From Octopus sinensis (Eukaryota), in contig NC_043008.1 of NCBI RefSeq assembly GCF_006345805.1, forward strand, positions 24,614,001 through 24,678,000: a stretch of DNA of 64,000 nucleotides. Reading direction: 5' to 3'. The notes below the pieces were generated by a model. That model ran no database searches. It was not told where the DNA came from and was given only the letters and a program-made list of their open reading frames with translations. The position numbers were made by a program, and so were the translations under genes. Below are positions 40,911 to 54,259 of this stretch, one piece after another. Each line of letters begins with the position of its first letter. The first letter of the stretch is position 1.

Positions 40911-42368
40911 AAGGAAATCCGTTGGAAAAACAAAAACAGAACAGAGGCAGAGCAAAAAACAAATCGAACTGTGCTCCTAAGAGCCCATGGCGAAACTGTT
41001 TATCAGTGTATGTTGAGAACCGGTGGCTGAAGAATTCAACAGGTCAGGCATCGGTCAAACATGTGGGTGGGGGTGTATAGATGTTCTTTGTGACCGAGAA
41101 TAAAGTTCTGACTATTTAAAGAATATTGGATGTTTTATAAGGGGCGAGAAAAAATCTACTTAGAGACGTGTGTGTGTGTATACTGTTCTATATATGTGTG
41201 TGTTGGCGTAGGGGTAGAAAACATTTTTTGTGTACGTGTGTGCGTTTGATCGTTCGGCTGTCAGTGGCTACTGCCGTGATAACCGTTGGGTGGCAGAAAG
41301 AAAAAAATAAAGAAATTATATATATATATTTTATGTTTTATGTGTGTGTGTGTGTGTTCATCTAAGCCTACCTTGACAAGGAAACCCCCCGCTGTGAAAA
41401 AACAAGCCCCGTTTGTCTTACCGGAGTAATTTCCCTTGCAGTGGTTAATTGTAGATATCTTAAAATCTATTTCAGAATTTGTTACCAAGGGCTATGGGTG
41501 CCGGTCTTATTTATAAACGCTATTTAAAGGCCAGATAAGTGTAACGCCGCCAATGGGGGCATCGAAAAGCCGACTGTAAGAGCCCGTTTACCATCCGGCC
41601 TCTGGCAAACAAAATATGGAAGAGTTCGGAGACACAAAGGTTGCACTGTCTCTGCCCCTATCAAATGGGAGGGCCACCGACAAAATTGACCATTCCAGCC
41701 TATAGCTTAAGTTCGCATCCTTCAGTCGCCATATTAGCTTACTGAGTCCCGTGGTCTGGCGCTTGTTCACGTCCCGAAAAGTTGCGTAATGGTTGGAGAC
41801 ACGCAAAGACAATCTTGAGGATGATGCCCCTATATAAGTGAAGGCATCTGAGTCCGTGTAACCTTGCATTGGTAGACGGCGTTTTTGATCTTGGAGTTCG
41901 CCGACGTGAATCTTACTCTGCTAGGATTGGTTTCTGAAATTAGAACTGCGTTCCTGTCACTATATTCGTTCCGAGACCTGCAGCCGCTTACTACTCTATT
42001 TTCCACTACGTCACTATTAACTATAGGAAAACCCCTGATTCTCCACTATCTATCAGAGTGCTGTCATTGCTACTGCCCGTGGTACTGCTATTGCGGGAAA
42101 TGATGCTGGGGATGCTAAAGGGGCTCTCTACCCTACTCCCATTGTTACCATCAACCACAACACCCCTATTTATAACTATACCCCTAGTGGGTACTCCCTG
42201 GCTGGAGCTGAGATTATGTGTCACTGTACTGGCTCTCATATCATTATTACTACTATAATTATTCCTACTGAGCATTAAACCGGGAGCGGAAGAGGCTCTT
42301 AGGAGCACAGTTCGATTTGTTTTTTGCTCTGCCTCTGTTCTGTTTTTGTTTTTCCAACGGATTTCCTT

Positions 42369-42458
42369 TTTTCTTCCTGAAGAGAAAGACACAATATGGT
42401 CCCATTATTCAATCGGATTTTGGTAATTTGTGCCTTTCGAAACACGTGTAGAATGAAA
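42369..42458 (+). ncRNA. Type I hammerhead ribozyme in the right inverted arm
   Basis: Stem I TTTTCTTC/GAATGAAA; CTGAAGA 42377-83; stem II GAAAG-A-CACAA...TTGTG-C-CTTTC; GAAA 42439-42; palindromic stem III ACACGTGT; GUA triplet with cleavage at 42450/51. Confidence 0.8.
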
Positions 42459-43178
42459 TAAAACGATTTCTGTTCAATCTGCGTTCAGCTCCATTTCTTC
42501 AATTCACCAATAATGTTTTAATTTCAATTATCCGCACCAACGCACGGTTGCAACGCCAGATGGTTGTACCTCCAACCGTGCTGTTCACTGCTGTGATTTT
42601 TGCTACTAAGGTATCGGTTAAACTTTTGATTAATCTACTACAAGATTATTCATCTTTCTATTTCACATAATTATATATATATATATATATATTTGTGTGT
42701 GCGTGTGTGTATACACGTATATACTTCCGTTATATAAAATCAAAAAATTCTTGAAAAGATTCTGCCCCATATAATTGCAAATGATAACCAATTTTTAACA
42801 TTGAATTTGACCCAAGGGATTCGAATTATGAATTACTAAGGGACCGAAATCGAAAATTTTGTAGGGATTTTTTAGTCTATTTTGTACTTTTGAAATTTAT
42901 TTGTATTCAAATTTCAACTGCAAACTATGATACAAGTAAATTAGCTTTACGTCCTCAACTCTCCATCATTTTACCTTACATGTGAGTAAATTACTTGAAG
43001 ACCTGTCACATAAACTCTTTGCGCTGAGATATTGTTTTAGTTATTTCATCAGTCTTTTCTAATATTTATATTGTTAAAGTTTAGATGCTAAATACGCATG
43101 AAACATAGTCATGTTTTTACAAATTCGAATGTATAACGGCGTGAATACAATTATGGATCAACTACAATCGACTTTTAC

Positions 43179-43225
<47 letters not shown>

Positions 43226-43288
43226 GTTGCACCTAAGGTGAATGCTTTACTGAGTGTCATGCACAAGTTCACCAATGTCTCTCTTTTC

Positions 43289-43319
<31 letters not shown>

Positions 43320-46300
43320 CCTCTTTCTATGTATATATATACTTGTGTATGTGTCTGTGTGTGTGCACAGGGAGAAACAGAGCGAGAGAAAAGCCAAAAG
43401 AAATTTACAATACAAAATATACTTGAACAATCTAGTTCGAGCGCTATCATAACGTTACGGATACTCTCAAATGGACATTGAAATAATGGGATCTAAAATT
43501 TATGCTTGAGGCCTTTCTAACTATGATTGGGCTAAATTATTCAGTTGTTCTGATCGTGCTGGTGGGACACTGAGAATCATTCAACATTAACTACGTATGT
43601 TCCACAGAATTGACGACTCAAGCTAAGTAGTTGTTTTACACCATTTTGCCACTCCAATTGTTTTGTCATTATTTAACGTGACACGTCACCCAATGTTCAA
43701 TGAATGGGATAAGTGCTTTCCCTTTTCATTGCAAACTCTTGAAAATATGAATTTAAAACTGTGTTTAAGGAAAGAAATTTTTTGAATTAATTTTACCAAT
43801 ACATTCGAAAATATTGTATACTAAGTTCCAAATAATTTAGGATACAACTCATTCCATTTTTTTACATTTGTTCACAAAAGGAGTTTACTCCTAGTATCAA
43901 TCCATCATACCCAAGCAATTAATTTCCGTTATTGCTGTTCTTAAGCTAATTGAAACACGTTTTCTACTTCTTGTAGAAAAGTTGGATGAGCTTTTATCCT
44001 GAATTCTATTTCAAGCAGATGTAAGACAGTTCAGAAAGACCTAATCAATTACGCCAGATTCTTACTTAATTGATGATTTGCTCTGTTATTAGTCTCTGGG
44101 TGAATCATCCTTACGTAGATACTATTTTCTGTTGAGGGGATTAAGAGATGAATAATATTATTGTCTACTCAGTAATATGTGGCATTCTAGAACGTGTTAT
44201 TGGCATTCCCTTCTGATCATGTATAGTGTTGCGCATGTTATAATTTAAACTTTCACGCCTTTTCTGGAGACAATAGTCGCATTATAATGTAACATTTTTC
44301 AGATATTTTTTGCAGACACCTTCTGTGTAACAGAATGAAGTATCTATCATACACTTGACTTACTTTTGAGCCATTTTGAACACCACACTAACTCCACTTC
44401 TATACAGATTTAGCGGTTATTCTATCACTAATTTTGAAAGAATATATGTGCTTATATGTGCTGATTGAAATGATTGATATTGTCCAAAAGTAGAGTTTCT
44501 CTGTGTGATATCCGCTTGTTTTATAGTAGATATGTTTGTAACCCCTATACGAAGACAGTACTAATTTAGAGGGAAATTCACGGCATATGTTAATTACAAG
44601 CTGGCTATTAGTGAGAAAGCTGGGAAGTAGAGTTGGGTTGCTTAAGTGTAATCGATTTTGTTTTATAGTCTATGGTCCAAATTATAAAATGAGAAATTAG
44701 AAATATGTTCTTTTTTTTAAAACAAAGTTGAATTTCATGTGACAATAAAATTCTTTCTTAATGATAAGAGGAATTAATTGACTTTTATATCCTTAATTTG
44801 GACTGAACCATACAATAGTCAGTTTTCCGAATTTGCTGTTTTGTCGGGAGTGGTCCTTATAAACTATAAGTGTAGTAAACACACATTTTATTATTGCAGC
44901 GTACTAAGGACAACTGGAAAATAATCCCATCCGATGAGAAGACATGATTGAAAACAATCCCATCCTATGATAGGTTAAATATACTCCTACTTATTCTATC
45001 TATTAGAGTGTTTTCGAAATTTTATATAAACAGTGACCACATATGGATTGTGTACAGGTAATGCTTTCCTGCGGAGCCATTATATCGTTAACCAATAGTT
45101 CTTAGATTCATTGAGATAGATAGTTTCTTACTAAATGTAGTAGGTATGGCTTTTATATCATCCTTGCTATGCACAATAATGTTGCGAGAGAAAGGTAATC
45201 CAACATCTCAGTATAAATCATGTATTTTATCTTTTGTATGAATAATAATTTTATCTCATTATTCACACATCAACCCCATTGTGTTATCAAATGCACGATA
45301 ATCCTTTTCTATCCTGTATGCGTTCTTGTCAACTGGAGAAATATAGGAAGCTGCTTTTGTTTTATCATGACTCTAAAGTAGTGAGATTAAAAGCAGCCAA
45401 ATGCATTATAAAAATTCCTTTTGCTAGGAAATTTTAAATCACAATGACTTGCAATGAAAAGTTATGAGAAGAAAAATGAAGTTTATCTCATACTATTTCA
45501 ATCAACCGATACTTGATATCAGAGACACGATCAAAAAAGACAACTACCCTTTATCACAAAGCTATCAATGTAAATGTAGATAAAAACCTAGGTTTAAACT
45601 TATGGGGACGCAAAACCTTTATGGATTTTCTTCTAAGTTTGATGATAAGTAGATTTGAGTTGATATGATGTACATATAAATAACTATAATTATATAATCT
45701 CTACTATATTACCAAGAATTCTGTTGTATGTCAATCACCAACGTTATCATAATCCATCTGTTTTCTTTAGAGAAAATCTCAGATCAAAATTAGATGTCAT
45801 TTCTTTATTACGAAAGCCCACACGCATCTGAAAACTAATCCATTCGTATGTACTTGTGCAATACATTGAATATTCACATTGAGAGCACAGTACTAATTCA
45901 CTGTTATATAATTACATTGATGCTAAAAGTGTTGGCATATATTTTCGAGAGATTTTATCTGGTAAATTGCTCTACCAAAATGTAGGTAAGTGATCATTCA
46001 GCAAAACAGGTGACGGTCTATAACCGCCAAAATCAAGAAGGAGAAAATTATATAGAGTAAACTTTCAGTCATAAAATATGATTTTCTTGTGTTTCAGCTT
46101 CCATATTAATACACCAAAGGTTCTACGAGTGAATGAACGAACTTCTATGCAGTTAAATGAACTTGTTAGATAGAGCAGTGAAAGCATCCTTGAATCGCGT
46201 CGTAAAAAGGCCGGATAGTGCAACCTAAAAAGACCGGATGGTGAATATGATAAGAATGTCTTTGAAAGTAAGTTTCTCTGGGATGGATGGATAGCTTGGT

Positions 46301-49300
46301 GAGTGCTTAGTGCTAGTTAATGATTAGTAAAGTGATGAAGAAGTAGGCTTTGCATTGTGAAATAAATCATTTCTAAAATGTGTATAGGCGAATTCACGTT
46401 TATACTTCTCTTCACGTCTCACCACTTGTATTTATTGGCATCAAATTGTGCATCTAGTTTATTCTTTGTTACAACTGAAGAATCATCGGTGTTGGAAACA
46501 CAAGATTACACACATTTTTTAATATTTTAGAAATCTTTTGAATGTCGTATTGTCTAATATGATTTACTGACCTACTTTCTTTTACCGTTAGTAGGAAAAT
46601 CTTGAAAATATTAGTGCTGAAACAAGGTAAAACCTTTCTGTTAAGATGAGCTTCAAAATCATTATCTCCAAGAATGATCATGTATCTTACCGGAGTAAGT
46701 ATCTTGACAACGTCCAACATTTCGTAATTGTTCCCAGTGTGTTCTAGCCAGGGAAAAAAGTTGCCTTCATATTGCTCTCTGTGATTGAGTGAATGATTCA
46801 TTTTGACGTTGGCGTTTCTTTCATTGCTTAATCAGCTTATATCTAAAAGATATCTTGTATATATTCAAATTAAGTAAATGTAAAATAATATTTCAAAATC
46901 ATAGTAACATAGTCTGGCAAAAGCAATATTTTTCTTTTGGATAGGAAACTCTCGTTTACGTAATATATGTGTGTATGCGACACTCTGCACTCATACACAC
47001 ACCACACTCATATATGCAACACACACGCATATACACACATATATAGGTTATAAGTAAATCCTTGACACCAAGTCATTTATCAAATTGATCTTTTGTGTCC
47101 CATTATGACTTAATGCTTTTTCTGATGTATTTAGTAAACTCTTAGAAAGAAAATCAGTTTCTATGGTAAGTATTAGTGATCACCAATGGTTCACTAATGC
47201 AAAAAATCCGTCGCTTTTTAGTTAAAGCCATATTTGTTTAGTATATTTTGGAAAAATTATCCTTCAAAGACTTTTCATGACGATAATCAAAAAGAACAGC
47301 TTTTTAAAAGAATGACAGCTTCTAAAACTGAAAAAAACCCCTTTAATATGTAGGTTTTTTGTCTCGAACTCGTTTTATGTGTTTCCTTGGATTTATATAA
47401 AAATGAATTATTCAATCAATGGAGGGTGGGGATCATGTCTATATTTTGACATTATCAAAATATTCACACACATCGATGCCCTAGCTGCACACTTTATTTG
47501 GATTGTTTCCTCCAAAATATTCATGACATTTCATATGAGAAGTCATTATTACGTGAACATTGAACATTTTAATACCATGAAACATTATTTATAATCCAAA
47601 ATGCTCGTTGTTTGAAGAAACTGGTGCACGTTAACAAGACATCTAGCTAAAAACGACGATAAGTTGAAAAGCAAGAACCATTTATAACTGAGGTTTATGA
47701 GGTTCAAATACAGTGAGCTATTTACTTTTCCTGAGATCGAAATTGAACGCATGTAGCTGGATACTTTTTGGAATATCTCCTGCAACCAGCAAACAAGTAA
47801 GAGGTACCATATTTTCAGCGCTATAACAAAATATTTACCTGAAATTAAAACTATTTATTACCTAATCAGCTTATAAGAGATATCTAAAGGATATTTTGAT
47901 GTGTTTGAATAATGCTGACATTATTTTCTTTATAAACGAAGAAGGATAGAATACCATAACTATGTTGCAGATTATTTCTTTTATCTTCAGGGAAAAAAGT
48001 CTGTAAGATATATATAACACAAAAAATTAAAACATTACATTATTAAACAATAAATTAGTTTTAAAAAGTAAAAAATGAAGAAATAACCAAATAATTTTCG
48101 ATGAAAGTACGCTATTGATTTAAGCTCAAGCTTAAGACAAAAGGAACGAAAACACTACGCTTTGTTCTGCGCGGCATATTTAAACAGTAGTATTAAGTGA
48201 AGATAATATGCAAGCTCTTTCTAAATCCGTTGCAATACTGGAAACACTCCTGTCAGCCGGTTTCTCGTGATTACAAGCTTTACGCCCTTTAGCCTGTACG
48301 CTTCAACTGAGTTAGGCAGAGAGGACTGAAATGTACAGGCTAACTGTGTAAGTAGAGATAACGAAACTGACGAACGATAACATTTTTATAGCTTCTTTAT
48401 CCAAGATATCTGTGAATTCAACCATGAAAACACTTTATGCTTTCATTCACGAACAGTATATTTCAACAGAATGTGCGCAGATTACTTGCCACCATCTTAC
48501 TAAAAAAGCAACTCAGTGAAAATATTCAGCGTTCTTTTCCTCGGTATCTTACCAAATATTTTTCTTCTTCAAAATCCCCTAAAATGCATCTCAAATAAAT
48601 TATCCTTTATTAGATTTTCATCACACGACGAAACCAAGATAGTTCATATGGAAATGTGTACGGACAATATTCATCAAGTTATTGAATAGATAAGAATTTG
48701 CGTAGATATTATCTTCATAAAGAAACTTGCTTTCAAATACAGTTCGTCGGAAACATTCACGTTAAAATCGATCGTACAATGGTGTAAAATTTCATGTCAT
48801 CGTTCTATAAAAGGTAGCTGTGAGAAAGGTAGCCATCCATATTATTGCAAAATTAAAACTTCCTCTTGCACAAAAATTAACTTCTTAATTCACAGTATGA
48901 TTAAACACAGCTGAATTCATTAGAAGGGGAAAATATCTTTTTTTGTCCCTTTCTATCCTCTTCATGGCATAACTATAATAATTTCCTCTAACTTCCGTTT
49001 TGATGGTGTTCTCTCTCCTGTCTTTTTAAATGAATTTAATCCAAAATATTCAAGGTGTTAACCAAAAGTATTTCATGATTTATTTCATGTAAATAACTCA
49101 TGCATATATCAATCGCCAAAAATATGGTTATGATTAAAACGAATAGTGTAAGTAACATAATGCAATCATTTTTATTAATTTTTTCCTGGCTCTTCCCTCC
49201 AAAGGATCATATCTAATTCCACTGATACATTTCGTGATCCTCTCCCGACTCTCTACCTCATGTTCTATCTAATATGTTCAGACAGAATTAGAAACATTAA

Positions 49301-52300
49301 AACCAGAGCCAAAGTTTATGATCTATTGCATATATGAGGATATTGACTAGAGATTCTGTTGCGTAGTGTCACTATTTGTCAGAAGATAGACATGCAAAGC
49401 CTGAGTCGTTGTTTAGTGAAATATTCCACACCAGATAGTGTAGATTTTGCCTTTTGCGCACTGGAAAGGGGTTACATTAATTACTTGCTGAACTATTTAA
49501 TTATTTCGATATACATATTAATGGAAAATCATGATCACTGAAGCAAACACACAAGTATGATGTAAACATTTAAATATAGGAACGTTAAGTAGACTACTGA
49601 ACAATTTAACCCTACTTTACGGCAAAACGCTGCTACTAATAAGTAATCTGCTGTAAGATTCACCTATAGACTACATATATTTCCCTTGTCCATAAAGTCT
49701 ATATTTTACTTCACTTCGAAATGTGATATCTACGTACGAAGAATCTCTGTAGCCTATTCTTCTACATTTAGCCCTCCCACTTAGCGCTAATCGACATATC
49801 TTCTATGAACCTTAATAATCCATCTACCCTTTACGAATCTTGTAATATAACTTTGAATATAGCACCTTCTGCACATTAAACTATCGTTTAATTTTTCAAT
49901 TTAGAGCAGACATAAAATTATGTTTTCTACTTTCATTAACATACCACAACGTATTCATATTTTCAAGTGTTAAGATCCATCCGATCACTTCCGCCCAATA
50001 TGATCTTTTGTTACGGCATTTCTTCTATTAATATCAAATATTGCATTCCACAGCTAGTGGTATTTTTATCAAGCACTTCAATATTTATCCACAGAGATTT
50101 ATTTTTTCATTTATGAAACCACGTAAGGGAAATCCATTTAACACTGCTAATTAGCAACATACACATACACAAAAAAGGAATTGATGGAAAAAGTTGTAAA
50201 CAAATTTCTCGATCATCAGTTTCGATCTATTAACCATGACCAACGTCGCAAATATTCAATTTTCAGGTACATTGAGCATTTACTCTCTTTTATTTCAGTT
50301 AATTATTGTTCCACTGATATATAGCGTAGCCACTGTTATTGCATGCAGTATTATCAATCCGTTAAAAAAGAAGCTTCTTCCTAAATTATCTATACTATGG
50401 TCCAATCAGTCTTTTATTTCTTACAACGTATGTTATTCTATTTCTCTGTTACATAACTCCCACTTTGCAAACATATGGAATTTCTATGTAAATAATACCA
50501 CAAGTTACACCTCTCTCTATGCTGGTCTTCATCCACGAAAACATAAGCAACTCACATTAAACATAATCTGTTCACATGCACGTAAACTTTGAAAGTATTT
50601 TTCAATAATACATAGTTCCCATCATTAGAAATAGAATACCTTTGCATCACCTGTAAAAGAAAATATATTGCACTTCCCTGATGTGTCTAGCACTTATAGC
50701 ACTTAAATGCTGAAGCAATACCGTTAAACCAGCAAACGTAACACTACATCCAACTAGAGGATTTGCAAAGACTATTCACCCCATTGCAATTTCTGGCTCA
50801 GATGCATTTTTCCGTATCTCTTTTAACGCCCAAGCCTTCTGTTTTCCTAAACACTGAATACGTGTACTACAATGCCTCTTTTACAGCCCCTGTTGCTGCA
50901 TAAGAAAGCTGATTCTAGTTTTAGGTGTGCGTGTTTAATTTTAATCTTCAATAATATTTATGTAATATTAATGTCTACAGTATATATTCAGTTTTCAGTA
51001 GTTCGTAAAAAAAAGGAGCAAAGATGAAACGCCGTTTCGACAATGCTTTGGGAATACTTTAATCAACATTCTTGACAGTTTCGAATATTTGAAGTGGCAC
51101 GTGATAAGGACGCCCGTAAAAATGTTATTATTACATTATGTATTTTCCTTTGAATTTTTCACTCCTTAATTTGCCAAATAAATTAAAACGAATATCAACT
51201 GTTTCCTATGTCAGCTCTGTGTGCGGTAAATCGGATAATTTAAAGAGTTTCAAGTAATGGACTTTGCATTGCCATTTGAAACGGTAGATTGTCAGAAATC
51301 TCTGTTGATCTAACTCAGTGAAGTTAACAAAAAACAAGGTATCATCCAACACCAAATCGTACAAAGTTGTACTGACATCATATTCCATCCAATGTTTGTA
51401 ATCCATTGCTGAAAGAAGCCACTGCGATTATACCGATTTATATAACATCATGTAAAATGTGTTAAAATATGCATGTACTCAGTTTAAAATATATAAACTT
51501 CTTATACTTCAATTTATATGTGAATTGACATCCTAAATTATCTAACAGTGTTAAAGGAATTCACTTTAAATTTAAAGGAATATAATGAAGAGTGAGTGCG
51601 AAATGGTGAATAACTTTTGGCAGTCGATGTAACCTTATTAATGTTACACAGTAATTATTTCACTGTTCATGATTTTCCTATCCTTCTCACCTCTAATCCT
51701 AAATTTTCTGTAACCAAAGGAAAAACAACAACTAAAATTTCAGTATGACATCCATAGAGGAAACGGATTAGAAATATAATGAGGAAACACTAAAATCAAT
51801 AGCATTCATTACATATTTCATTTTGCAACTATTGTTCAAGCTGTTTTAGATTCTTTCTTTAATTCATTTATACCTTTTAAACCTCTTAGCAATTGTATGA
51901 TTGAATTCATGATGAGATATCGTGAGAATACGCCAGATGCCGAACGCAACAATAAAATAGTGTCAAATACACTTTAACAGTTTAGATAACTCGAATTCCA
52001 TCCTTCAAATAACCAAAGGACTTTAAATGGGAAATTTCTCGAACATAACTGCTGGTCTCTTCTCAAATTGTAGAGGATTGTATTTTCCTCGCATTATATA
52101 ATGCACCTATTATATTTTCAACACAATTTTATAGATATTCGTGGAGATTGCTAAAACATAATCTGTTTTAAAATAAAAACTTGTGAGAAATGTTCTGGGA
52201 GTGTTGTGTTTATTCGTAACATTTTCAAAAATCAATTTTTTTTAACATTCGAAATCTGAAATACAGAAAATAACACAGGTCTGCGAGCAAAAGTTCTTCT

Positions 52301-52749
52301 AAGTTTATTGGCTGAAATTTGATCAATTTTTACCTGCTGATTACAAAAAAAAAAAAAAAGATACGTATAGTTTCTTCAAAATATCGATCATGGTATTTTA
52401 ACATTATGCCAGAATTTAAATCTGGTCTTTTATTATTACTATTAATTGTGGTGTTTAAATAGACTGCCATGTTTAACCTAATTTGTGTAATTTTGAGAAA
52501 GAAACATCAGGCAAAGTTTAAACCACTTCAGTTACAGAGAGGTTCCTGCATCTGTGTAGCTTCAGTCACTCGCAAGAAATGAACAGAGAAAGACGCGCTT
52601 TAAATGGTTACATTACTTAAGTTTAACACATTTCAGTTATTTCCTCATGGCTTTTCTCAATATATAAACTCTGATATACCTCCTTATTACCAGTTGCTAC
52701 TTTGCACCAAGGTAACCGACACTGACCAGTACCATGAGAAGGACCAATT

Positions 52750-52851
52750 ACCAATCCTCAACTTTTGCCATTCCTCAACTCTTGCCAATCCTCAACACCC
52801 GCCAATCCCCAACGCTTACCAATTTCCAATGCTTACCAACCCCTAACGCTT
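52750..52851. repeat. 17-bp minisatellite, about 6 copies, most beginning CCAAT
   Basis: ccaatcctcaacttttg / ccattcctcaactcttg / ccaatcctcaacacccg / ccaatccccaacgctta / ccaatttccaatgctta / ccaacccctaacgctta. Confidence 0.85.
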
Positions 52852-53585
52852 ATTACGCGCTTTTACACTTATGCATGCGCGCACGCGCGGGTCTGCATGT
52901 GGACATTAATATACATGCGGGTTTGCCCTGTAATATACATGAGTGCTTGTATGCATGCATCCATTATACATATGAATGAATACACGTGTGGATATGTGCG
53001 TGTGGGCGTGAATGTGTATGCATGTACATGTGTGCGCAGGTATGTGTGTGTGTGCGTGCGCAAGTCCGTTCATATATCTATATATGTGTGTCTGCGTGTG
53101 AGTGTGTGTCAGTGTGCGTGTGAGCGTGCACATGCGCACCTATTACAGATGTGCACATTCGCATCAATACACGCAAAACTATATTAACACGTCCACTCAC
53201 CCGCACATACAACTATATACTTGCGAAAACTGCACCTTCCTACGTCCCTTCCAACAGCCTGACCGATTTCCTGTGCACGACGCGGTCGATTTTCCGCTCA
53301 CCATGTGGTCGATTTCCTGTCACCATGCGGTGTTTCCCAATCATCTACAGACACTGATATTCGGGTATATCAACATAAAACCATGACACCACGTGACCAT
53401 CTTCGACCGATCGCAGCACGCCTTACAGTAATAACAATCAAGCGCTTTCATTCAAATTCAAAGTGGCTGAAGATTAGCATCAGGCTAATTTGAATCAATT
53501 TGAATCAAGCTGTTTGATCTATACATGTAACTCCCAATAAATATGTGGAGTGCCCTTCTCTCGTTGTCCTTTAACTTGTATATAT

Positions 53586-53636
<51 letters not shown>

Positions 53637-53638
<2 letters not shown>

Positions 53639-54065
53639 ATATAAACAACTTATAAATAAGGGTAAAATAAACTATTTCCATGCCAGACATTTACTTCGGT
53701 TTTTCTCCATGTGCGCATGTAAGTATTTCATTTATTTCTTATCGTATTTTCTACTGAAGAGGAAAAAATCTATGAGATTAATTCCGAAATTGATTCAATA
53801 TAGAAATAACGAACTTTTAAAAAAAATCCTGTTGATTAGCTTTCCTCGATATCAGCACAACGTATTCCTGTAGTGGGTATGAAATAACATGTGGAAATTG
53901 ACGATTTAAAAGTCTGTTATCAGCATATTGGCAAGGAAATAATTTTCTTTTGCCCTTATTTATAAGTTGTTTATAATTTTAACCTTTAAAGCTATTTTAA
54001 TATGCTGCCACTTTTTGATGAAATTTTTTTTCTGTAAAAAAATCATCATCCTATATTAGTAGTAT
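53637..54065. mobile_element. Fold-back element in (TA)n containing a hammerhead; same family as 23125-23445
   Basis: ataaacaacttataaataaggg at 53640 pairs with cccttatttataagttgtttat at about 53953. The right part is the reverse complement of 23125-23300. Confidence 0.8.
53748..53806 (+). ncRNA. Canonical type I hammerhead ribozyme
   Basis: Stem I TTTCTA/TAGAAA; CTGAAGA 53754-60; stem II GGAA...TTCC with inner AATC/GATT; GAAA 53786-89; stem III ATTGA-T-TCAAT; cleavage at 53800/53801. Confidence 0.82.
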
Positions 54066-54259
54066 ATATATACATATATATATATGTGTGTGTGTGTGTG
54101 CTACATACATTGTTTTATTGTGTCGTATGTTACATTTCAATACCTTTTTAATGATAATTATATATTCAGACGGTAAATCAAATATGTGCTACTAAAAATG
54201 TCCCCTTCCCCTTTCGTTACAGACATCCACGCCATTAGAAGCATGGACGTCTGCTAGAA

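Larger units (their letters stand above)
40762..42517 (-). mobile_element. Short Penelope-like element: GIY-YIG remnant between perfect 224-bp inverted arms carrying HHRs
   Basis: Arms 40762-40985 and 42294-42517 are reverse complements with no mismatch seen by eye. Minus strand reads NAVYQCKV, then after a frameshift YIGASSSRLSLRVSNHYATFRD...GLSKLIWRLKDANLSYRLEWSIL. No RT motifs recognised. Confidence 0.85.

Noticed and set aside
46469-46801. 110-aa minus ORF with a GDND motif and an internal GTAAGA donor-like site
   Set aside because: No recognisable homology, no convincing acceptor, and the length is compatible with chance.
51206-51406. 66-aa minus ORF preceded by an acceptor-like ttctttcag
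   Set aside because: No recognisable domain or good donor, so it cannot be supported without transcripts.
52750-52851. Short periodic repeats as a CRISPR array
   Set aside because: There are no unique spacers, the context is eukaryotic, and no cas genes are present.
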